A stretch of DNA of 64,000 nt. Origin: Octopus vulgaris. Its lineage: Eukaryota. Below, piece by piece: positions 54,028 to 64,000 of this stretch. A program made the translations under genes and the position numbers. The stretch is from contig OX597822.1 in NCBI GenBank assembly GCA_951406725.2, positions 83,452,001 to 83,516,000 on the forward strand, read 5' to 3'. Numbering within the stretch: position 1 is the first letter of the stretch; every line of letters begins with the position of its first letter. The notes below the pieces were generated by a model. The model was not told the origin of the DNA. It worked only from the letters and a program-made list of their open reading frames with translations, and searched no databases.

Positions 54028-55997
54028 GAAGACATGAAATATTTTATATATCGTATATCAAGTGAACAATAAATTACAAATAAATAATTATAAATAATCC
54101 TGCATAAATATATGCAATATAAAATGCTGCAAATTACCAATTAGATTCATTATTCAAGAAATATTTAGATGTGCAAATTATCACTTTTTACAGTGTAGCA
54201 GTGTGGCATTATGCAGTGACTGTTTCGAAACACTGATCTTGAAATCCCCACCACACCACTAAAAGAAAAAGTGGTTGGGTGATGTCGTTTGACGGAGATA
54301 TATGTAATATGAGTCAAATCTACTTTGGAATTAATTTTAACTTAAGAATGTTAAAATGATGCTTTAAAGTTTCCACGAGAATCATTAAATTCAACTCTAT
54401 GTTCAAAATAAACATCGTTATATTTATTCATTTTCGATATACTTTAGTATTTTGTGACATTCAGAGTGAAATCATTAATCAAAATAGACAAACCTAATTC
54501 AAAAAGAAAGATCAGTTATTAAATACGATGACTCACATACACACATATTCACGTAAGTGGATTCACATACACAATACACACATACACACATATAAATGTA
54601 CATAGGAATGTACACACACGCACACTTAGTCAAAGTCATATTTTCTTCGTAAACTTATGTATATTTTACATCCCCATCTGACACAAAATTTACATTATTC
54701 TTTCTGCTTTTTATAACAGTAGGAATTTCATTATTTTTTCTTCGTTTTTTTTTTCTAAATTTTGCCGAAGATTTCTTTTTTTTACAAGACGTATTTACAC
54801 TAAGGGAAAGTAATCTATTTTAATAAACTTGACTGGTACCGGAAAATTTCATTAAAAAAGTCCATTCCATCTCCTTTTGTGACTTTCTTTAGATTCCATG
54901 TTGAGTAAAGTTTCTAAATTTTCCTTTTCCAACTCAAAACATATTCCATTGATGTTCTGGAGAATGATATGAAATAAAAACCCTAAAGGGGTTTTTATTT
55001 GGTGTCAGTCGGTAGAAACATATGAATGTAAGTTTTCTATTTACAACCAAAGTAGAAATGAAATATATTTTCCTTACTCAGTACCCGATTAATCAGCTCG
55101 AAACAGCAACCAAATGAATTAGTTTGCGTAATTACGAAGGGAAAATATTGTTTATTTCGCTTTAGAGATTTGTATCGACGTCCTACTAATGTAAACCTGA
55201 ACAAGGCAGATTTAGAGTTCCTTTTACAGCTTTCACCGTGGAAAGTTAGAGGTTAACAGAGAGGATCCATGTGAAAGAGATAAGGTGAGATAAAAAATTC
55301 AGTGTGGTAGAATTAACAAAATGAAAATGGAAAACTGGAAAAACGTAAAGCAAGTGCGAGATGAGATGTGAGAGTTGGAAATATAATTACATACAAGCGC
55401 ACATACATACGATATATATATCTTTATATGCATATATTCGTGAAGATGTTTGTAGGTACAAAAAAGGTGCATATACACCTATGGAAACGTATGAAGATAT
55501 TAGAAATATAAATAGTTGATGTCGTATTAATGAAACATTCATTTGAATAATAAATTGGCAAGTTAGACCAGAATAATTTTTCAAATGAAATTTTCTACAT
55601 CTGTTGAAAAAGTATTGGACTTGTAAAAAATATGCCCCCCACCATCGAATAAAACGAATTTTGTTGTTGTAATACTAAGTATTCCTTTAATGGTGGAGAT
55701 GTCTAAGTGTTACTATTTACACTAAAATAAAGTGCCCAGATATTTTGATGGAATAAATGTGATACTTATAATGAAAATCAAACAATTGCATAGTTAAATA
55801 AATATTTAAACATAAATAGTGAAAATTTCAGATTCGATCCGATAGAGGAGGTGACAGAGGGCTCGACTCTAATGTCCCTCTCACAAAGAGTGGTTAACGA
55901 AAATGGATGGATGGATGGAATGTAAATGGTGCTGCTTATTTCAATAAACGTATGTTAATTAATCAAGTTCCTTACGGCCGAGCATATATACATATAT

Positions 55998-56306
<309 letters not shown>

Positions 56307-56479
56307 TTATATGAAATAATCCTGTGTTGATTACTAGTAATTGGTAAGATTTTGTTGCTGAATTGAAAGCTTCATTTAAAATATGCTCGGAGCGAGATTT
56401 AGCGCATTTCATGTAGCGTTGTACTGTTGTTGCAGTATCATCAAAACTTTATGTTGTTTGATATATTTGGACGCTAACT

Positions 56480-56700
56480 GTGTGTGTGTGTGTGTGTCTG
56501 TGTGCATGTTTGTGTGTCTGTGTTTGTCCCCCTAGCATGGTGTGTTTATGTCCCCGTCACTTAGCGGTTCGGCGAAAGAGACTGATAGAATAAGTACTGG
56601 GTTTACAAAGAATAAGTCCCGGGGTCGAGTTGCTCGACTAAAGGCGGTGCTCCAGCATGGCCGCAGTCAAATGACTGAAACAAGTAAAAGAGTAAAAGAG
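56480..56700 (+). mobile_element. CORE-type SINE 3' half
   Basis: (TG)n, then tgtttgtcccc...aaggcggtgctccagcatggccgcagtcaaatgactgaaacaagtaaaagagtaaaagag. Confidence 0.88.
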
Positions 56701-56717
56701 GATATATATATATATAT

Positions 56718-57899
56718 ATATATCTCGACTTTGCAAAGGCCTTTGATAAAGTCGATCATGGAATGATATGTCACAAACTGCGTGATCTCAACATAGTTGG
56801 AAAACTGGGAGAATGGCTTCATGACTTTCTGAAGGATAGAAGTCAGGTGGTAGTAGCCAATGGGGCCACCTCCATTAACACACAAATAGTGAGCGGTGTT
56901 CCGCAGGGCACTGTTCTGGGACCACTACTGTTCATAATGGCCCTCTCAGACATGCCCTCAGCCACGCAGAGAGCCACGATCACAAGTTATGCAGATGATA
57001 CAAAAGTCTCACAGGCAATACAGAACCCTGAGGACACTAAACACCTGCAATGTGAGCTGGACGAAATATACAAGTGGGCTGAAAAGAATAGCATGCAGTT
57101 CAATGCTGGAAAGTTTCAAGCTTTATACTATCAGCATGCAAAACTGAATGCAATACCCAATGAATACACTGGACCCGGAGGGATTGCAATCCCAGAGGCA
57201 CAATCAGTGCGTGACCTTGGTATTCACATGAGTGATGACGTGACCTTTCATGTACATGTTGCTAAACTGACAATGAAATGTAGACGGCTGGCTGGATGGA
57301 TTCTTAGAACCTTTAGAACAAGAGGACAAGAAACCATGATGGTCCTCTGGAAGACACTTGTCCTAAGCCACTTTGACTATTGCTCTCAGCTATGGTCACC
57401 ATCCAGTGTCAAGTTGATCACAGAACTTGAGGCGATCCAACGAAGCTACACAAAGAAGATAGCCTCTATGCAGAATGTAAGCTACTGGGAAAGACTCAAG
57501 AGATTAAAATTATATTCCCTGGAGCGTAGGCGGGAAAGATATGCCATAATATACATCTGGAAGATCCTGGAGGGAAGTGTCCTGAACTTTGGCATCGAGA
57601 GTTACGCAAATGCCAGAACTGGGCGCCACTGCGTGGTGCCTAGGACTCCAAACCTGCCATCAAGATGTAGGACAAGATTCTGTGATAGCCTGGGCTTCCG
57701 AGGCCCACAGCTCTTCAATATCCTCCCGAAGAACCTGAGAGACCTGCATGGGGTGGATACAGATGTCTTTAAAATGAAGCTGGATCTCTTCCTGTCAGGT
57801 GTCCCAGATGAACCAACTTCACGGCAGGAGGGGCAGATGAGGGCAGCAGCATCGAACTCTCTCATGCACCAAATAGCAGTTGCTAGAAAGCCTCCATGA
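56718..57899 (+). CDS. Reverse transcriptase (ORF2 C-terminal part) of a 5'-truncated CR1-group non-LTR retrotransposon
   Basis: Uninterrupted frame running from IYLDFAKAFDKV through SGVPQGTVLGPLLF, YADDT, RDLGI, DYCSQLWSP and LYSLERRRERY. There is no native start codon because the element is 5' truncated. Confidence 0.93.
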   Translation: MYLDFAKAFDKVDHGMICHKLRDLNIVGKLGEWLHDFLKDRSQVVVANGATSINTQIVSGVPQGTVLGPLLFIMALSDMPSATQRATITSYADDTKVSQAIQNPEDTKHLQCELDEIYKWAEKNSMQFNAGKFQALYYQHAKLNAIPNEYTGPGGIAIPEAQSVRDLGIHMSDDVTFHVHVAKLTMKCRRLAGWILRTFRTRGQETMMVLWKTLVLSHFDYCSQLWSPSSVKLITELEAIQRSYTKKIASMQNVSYWERLKRLKLYSLERRRERYAIIYIWKILEGSVLNFGIESYANARTGRHCVVPRTPNLPSRCRTRFCDSLGFRGPQLFNILPKNLRDLHGVDTDVFKMKLDLFLSGVPDEPTSRQEGQMRAAASNSLMHQIAVARKPP

Positions 57900-57992
57900 A
57901 GTGAAACCAAGTAGCAACACCAAATGGCGGTGCCCCAGCATGGCCACAGCTCATAAGCTGAAACTAGAATCAATCAATCAATCAATCAATCA
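56718..57992 (+). mobile_element. CR1-group LINE, 5'-truncated, with a (CAAT)n tail
   Basis: RT ORF, a short 3' UTR with stem-loop cagct-cata-agctg, and tail caatcaatcaatcaat. Flanked by TA-rich microsatellites. Confidence 0.9.
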
Positions 57993-58121
57993 TATATATA
58001 TATATATATACATACATACATACATATATACATACATACATACATATATACATACATACATACATGCATACATACATATATACATACATACATACATACA
58101 TAGTGCTACGGCAGCAAATTA

Positions 58122-58687
58122 CGAGGGCGAGTCAAAAAGTAATGCCATTTTTGTTTAGGACAGGTATAATTACCAACACAGGAACATCTATCATCAATCA
58201 AAATGAAGCTGGTCCTCTGTGGATCACATCCCTGCTTCTCAACATAGTCACCGTTTCTCTCAATAGCAATGTTCTACCTTCGAATGAGAGCGTGTATCCC
58301 TGTCCCGTAAAATTCTGTTGACTGTTCTTTGAGCCACTTCTTCACTACAATTTTCACTTCCTCGTCATTGGACTATCATCGTCACTAGACTATCTTCTCT
58401 TCGGCTTCATGGAAGAGGGTTTGAGAGGCAAACATTATTCTAGTGATGAGGAAGTGAAAACTGTAGAGAAGAAGTGGCTCAAAGGACAGTCAACATAATT
58501 TTATGAGGCAGGGATACATGCTCTTATTCGAAGGTGGAACATTGCTGTTAGGAGAAACGGTGACTATGTTGAGAGTAGGGATGTGATATTCAGAGGACCA
58601 GCTTCATTTTGATGTATGATACATGTTCCTGTGTTGGTAATTATACCTGTCCTAAACAAAATGGCATTACTTTTAGACTCACCCTGG
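58122..58687. mobile_element. Palindromic mariner-derived MITE made of two inverted 3' ends, with TA TSD
   Basis: TA-cgagggcgagtcaaaaagtaatgcc...ggcattacttttagactcaccctgg-TA, with arms of about 250 bp. The right part encodes DYLLFGFMEEGLRGKHYSSDEEVKTVEKKWLKGQST*FYEAGIHALIRRWNIAVRRNGDYVE, a mariner transposase C-terminus. Confidence 0.92.
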
Positions 58688-58994
58688 TAAAATGTATAGC
58701 TAAAAGTTGTTAGTAGTGGTAGTTGCATTAGGGGATCAATTATATTAGAAACATAATTACATATAAACTCCAATAGACAAATAAAGTAAAAGCTTAAAAT
58801 AAGAATTGCATAATTATCTGTTATTGTAGAATAGAAACTAAGTAATGGCGGTAGGAAAGCTAAAATAGGGCGCTGGAATGTATTATTTCCTGGAAGTCAC
58901 GAAGATATTCGATAAAAAGGATTATCAAGAAGCGTTTTCTAAAGATGATAACGTTGATATCATATGTAATAAAAGTCACCACTGATAACAAAAC

Positions 58995-59093
58995 AGCAAC
59001 AGTAGCAGCAGCAACAGCAGCAGAAGTAGCAGCAACAGTAGCAGCAGCAACAGCAGCAGAAGTAGCAGCAACAGTAGCAGCAGCAACAGCAGC

Positions 59094-59148
<55 letters not shown>
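58995..59148. repeat. 36-bp CAG-derived minisatellite (3 units) followed by (GTA)n
   Basis: Unit acagtagcagcagcaacagcagcagaagtagcagca. Confidence 0.85.
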
Positions 59149-59149
<1 letters not shown>

Positions 59150-60014
59150 CCACATTTGATACACTAACTAAACTGAGGGGAAAACTTTATAGAATTTGTG
59201 ATTTCACATTCGCTTTCAGCTACCAAAAAAAAGCATCATTATATATATTTTATATTTTTTATATATTTTATCTATTTTTCTCTGTAAAAATATTTCTTTC
59301 CCTTTTACATTAGATCTGGTTCAGTCTTTCTGTCTACATCCCTTATCTTTTCTTTTTTATTTAAACCTATACAAATTTCCGTAACTTTTTTTTTTGAAAA
59401 TAATTTATATTTATCTCGTATACCATCTCGCTTGATCTCACATTGTGCTTCCTAAATGCTATGAAGCTGTTTCAAGCTATAATTCCTAGAAGTATAGACT
59501 AACTATTTTTAATCCATTTTTTTTACTTCACTTTCTTGTTTTCACTGCTATTCCCTATCTCTCTTTCCGCTATCATCTATCTTTCTTCCATTCACACGAT
59601 ATTGCATTTGTCTGAATCCTATAATACACAAGGTTTAAATATAATGCAACTCTGTATAAGTCAGCAAAATTGCTATGTTACGATTCGTACATCATATATT
59701 GCCACCGACCTGAAAATAAATAATGACTTTATGACATAAGCGCACAAAGTGTCGATGACAAACACGGAAGTTCACACAAAGTAACAAAAATGATGGTGTC
59801 TTTCAAACAGATATAAACGTTTAGTAGAAAATATTATCTCTGTGTAACTTAATACCTTCCTGCTCCAAAATAATTTCCTTTCCATTGAAAATCTTAATTT
59901 TGCATCTTTCACCGATCCCCCCCACCAGCCTTCTACATTACAACCCAGCTATGTCCACGAATATTGGAATATATATCCTCATATATAAACTAATAACTGT
60001 CCTGATAAAGATAA

Positions 60015-60644
60015 TATTGGTTTCAAAATTTGGCACAAGGCCAGTAATTTGGAGAGTATCAACCCCAGTACTTAACTGGTACTTATTTTATCAACTCTGA
60101 AAGGATGAAAGCAAAGCCGACCTCGGCAGCATTTCACCTCAAGCGGACGTAATGCATCTAAGCATTTTGCCCGACGTGCTAACGATTCTGCCATCTGGCC
60201 GCCTTAAAGAGGTAATATATATAACATTTATTTCTTTACTGCCTACAGCAGTCTAAACATATAGGGTCAAACAAGGACAGACAAACGGATTAAGTCGATT
60301 ATATCGACCCAGTGCGTAACTGGTACTTATTTAATCGACCCAGAAAGGATGTAAGGCGAAGTCGACCTCGGCGGAATTTGAACTCAGAACGTAACACTGG
60401 ACGAAATACCTATTTCTTTATTGCCCACAAGGGGCTAAACTTAGAGGGGACAAACAAGAACAGAGAAAGGGATTAAGTCAATTACATCGACTCCAGTGCG
60501 TAACTGGTACTTAATTTATCGACCCCGAATGGATGAAAGGCAAAGTCGACCTCGGCGGAATTTGAACGCAGAACGTAACACCGGACGAAATACCGCTAAG
60601 CATCTCGCCTGGCATTCTAATAAATCTACCAGTTCGCCGCCCTT
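60015..60644 (-). mobile_element. Meta-domain-type SINE monomer (60015-60205) plus dimer (60229-60644)
   Basis: The dimer junction gaaatacc|tatttc at 60410/11 is identical to the junctions in the 31625-32215 trimer. Confidence 0.88.
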
Positions 60645-62170
60645 AGTGACAGAAGCTTATAGTGCTTTACATCTATTTGACAGGGTCTCTCAAGACAAAT
60701 ACCGCGATAATAAGGCGTTCAAACACAATGCATCCCCGTTAAGTGGGATACACGGATTGCAATTGCGTATTAATGGTGCTTCCGTCGCGAAAATTTATTC
60801 TTTAAAGAGCCTGCCGCCTATTTAGGGCATGAGTGACCAAATAATTTATGTGCTTTTTAATATATCGGTGACAGTGAAATTTCGCTGGCATGCAGTGTGC
60901 GGACAGCTGCTACGGAAGAAGCGCTAAAACCTCGTGATTCTCGTCTGTTAATGTTATGTCAGTACCTCTCGCACTTTACGTCAAAGTAACTAAGCAACTG
61001 ACGAATAATAAAGAAATAAAATTAAACCAGTGCGTGTGTTTATTATTGGCATGATCCTCCCGAGATACGACAAACAATACTGAACAGAAAACACGAGGGA
61101 TACAGCAATGACTTTCGTCACTCTTGCCACCATGAGCAAATGCATATATATCCCCATCGATACAACTATATACCAACATGTATGCTTCTGCGTGTATGTT
61201 TGCTTGTTAGTGGGAATGCGAGTCTACCTGAATATGAAATTTAGAATGATATTGAAAGACATGGTATGAATCCCGAACAGCAGCCGATATGGACAGCTAT
61301 ATTAGTATTTCTCTCCAGCTCTGTGAGAGTGTTAAAGTGTTAGAAACATTCATAAACAGCTATAGCATAATGGTTATATATATGTATCTATATCTTTCTC
61401 TCTCTCTCTCTTTAGCTATCTATCTATCTATTTATTTATCTATCAGTATATATATATGGGCTGTGGTATGTGAGCGTGTTGATCGAACGGCAATCATATC
61501 TCAAGATGAAGTACTCATCATGCATATATATTTCGTTTGTATATTTCGTTTGTAAGATTCTTTATGTGAATTCGTGTGTTGAAGCATAATTTTTTTTCTT
61601 GGGGGGGGGGGGATGGTCATTCTGCTTTAATACCTTATTAATTAACACACTCACCGGTTCGATTTCCACGCATTTATTTACTATTCTAAAATTTTCTTTG
61701 CTTGTTGCAACCTCTTCAATGGTCATTGACTCTGTACGTTATCGGAGTTGCGTGCTTTTTTTTTGTTTGTGCGCATGCATGTGCTTCAGTGCGCATGTAT
61801 ATACACATATATGCACGTATGTATATATGCATGTATGTATGAATGTATGTATGTATGTATGTATGTATGCATGTATGTGTATGCGTAGATATATATGTAT
61901 GCGCCCGTGTACGATCCTATGTATGTATTGTCCACATTCATGTGTTTTCATGTGTTTGTATGTGTGTGTGTGTACTTGCTTGTTCGTATTACCTATGTAC
62001 CTCTCTATCTACTTATTTATCTGTTCTGTTCATTTGCATATCCATTCAGCTACTTATATACATATATATATATATATAAAACAAACGATCACTCTGAAAG
62101 TGACCGTGCTTCACTAGTAAGCTACCAGGTGTAAACCATTCGTTTTATTATCCATTATATATATATATGT

Positions 62171-62205
<35 letters not shown>

Positions 62206-62316
62206 GAGAGAGAGAGAACGTTAGGTGTGGTGGTATGGTGTACAGATATTGTATATTGAGAAAAATGGTCACCAGGGAAAAAAAATTTTTATTCATTATT
62301 ATTAGTGTACATATAA

Positions 62317-62390
<74 letters not shown>

Positions 62391-63368
62391 ATATATATAT
62401 ATATATATATATATTGGTATGGAAATGGACAAGGGAGACAATCAATTTCTGAAGGTTATTTCGCAAAGAGTGACCGCCCTTCTCCACGTAACCCACGAAC
62501 GGGTGTTTTCTGTCCATAGGGGGACCATTCCTCACTATTTGAACAATTTTAAGAGTCTAAAACCATCCCTGGAACATATAAGTAATGTATGTTCCTGGTT
62601 TAGAGAAAAATCAGCTGAAAAATACGGCTGTTATAATCTTTTACACATACACACACACACACACAGAAGAGAGAGAGAGAAAGGGAGAGGGAAACAGACG
62701 GAGACAGAGAGAGAAAGAGACACAAAAACATGCGTGTATATTTTTGCGTGTCAGTGTGAATACAACGGTAGGAAATAGAACCATTCATGACTTTTTAGAG
62801 CGATGTTGTGAGTGTAAAACAAAATGCTTTGCCGTTCCGAACCTGTCCATTCTGAATCCAAATGTGACATTCAGGGCCGATAAAATAAAGTACCAGTCAG
62901 ATCGTGGGAGCAATTGCAGAGACTATACACTCCCTACAAAATGATTGGCGCTAAACCAACATATGAGTAAATATCAATCACATAACAGATAATTGGAGCT
63001 TTCTACAATATAACTTTACATACGAAATACATCTGAAATAAATATAACTCCGAAAGAAACGACGGCCAAATTAAAGACTGCATCGTAATGCAATAAGTAG
63101 AAAGGACACGAGAGGAGTGATTCTATAGTCATTATTTATCTGGAAGCTTTTACGTATGAATATATGAGAAAATGTATGAAAAATTAGAAACCTATAGACA
63201 TCACTTATGCTGTAAAAGGAAATCATTTCATTGGTTTCGGTTATTATTTAAATGGAAAATCAGACAGTTCCTATTACCGCAGTCAGTCATAACTTATACA
63301 ACAATCTACCTATAAAGATTAATCATTGTTTCTTTACTCTATATTTTATTCAGTATATTTTCTGCAGA

Positions 63369-63477
63369 ATATTATAGGTGAATATATCGGGACTAAATAT
63401 TATATTTTGTGTCAGTATTCGGCGTAAAGTAAGATACTGTAATAAAAATACTATTAGTCCCGAATCACTTTTAATAT
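63369..63477. repeat. Degenerate fold-back near (TA)n
   Basis: Nested symmetric pairs atatta/taatat, tcgggactaa/ttagtcccga and cagtat/atactg. Confidence 0.55.
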
Positions 63478-63532
63478 CAAATATTACGCAACTAAGTGGG
63501 TGGAAGCACGTGGGATGAACACGACTTATGGA

Positions 63533-63619
<87 letters not shown>

Positions 63620-64000
63620 AAGAAATAGATAGATAGACAGATAGATGGATAAATAATTGTATGGCTATGCACCTTAACAAATTTGCTTTCCATTCTTCGT
63701 CAGTTTTTCATCTCTCTCTCCTCCCCTCTCTCTTTCTCTCTCTCTCTCTCTTTCTCTATCCGAATAAATATACACGTGGACAAAAGGAGGTCTGTAATAA
63801 AATACTTTGTGGAGATTGTTATTGACAGCGCCGAGAAATTCTCTCCTGCCTTGCAAGTTAGCCAAACGCGAGATTGGTTATTTAGTATATATAATAAATA
63901 CGTACAACGCGACGTTTAAGCATTTTGTGAAATAATATAAAAGAAGGATTATTCATCTGTAAGTGCGATAGGAAACAGAAAAATGAAAACAACTGGCTTC

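Noticed and set aside
54972-55000. 12-bp hairpin with a T-run resembling a rho-independent terminator
   Set aside because: Eukaryotic repeat context with no upstream gene, and low-complexity arms.
60990-61025. CTGACGA...GAAA spacing
   Set aside because: No stem I or stem II complementarity; expected by chance in AT-rich DNA.

Overview
AT-rich, microsatellite-saturated eukaryotic intergenic or intronic DNA with no host protein-coding exon that I can support. Nearly all ORFs in the supplied track are translations of (TA)n, (TG)n, (TTA)n and (TATC)n repeats. The SINE repertoire and microsatellite density point to an octopus/cephalopod genome; this is inferred from recalled repeat families, not from a search. 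Recognisable content: a frameshifted DD34D mariner and a palindromic mariner MITE; a young 5'-truncated CR1-group LINE RT; several decayed RTE-clade LINEs; a decayed Penelope-like element (PLE; RT plus GIY-YIG motifs); one or two non-autonomous Helitrons; and three tRNA-derived SINE families (CORE-like, Meta-domain-like, Nin-domain-like). Most interesting is a set of short fold-back elements in or beside (TA)n tracts, several carrying minimal type I hammerhead ribozyme (HHR) motifs from unrelated sequence families. In two unrelated families a second copy is a near-perfect DNA palindrome whose axis falls exactly on the ribozyme's palindromic stem III, suggesting that stem III nucleates fold-back synthesis. 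Also notable: Meta-SINE concatemers with one recurring junction, a SINE/LINE pair sharing a 3' tail, and an inverted duplication bracketing the mariner. All alignments were made by eye and coordinates are approximate to a few bases.
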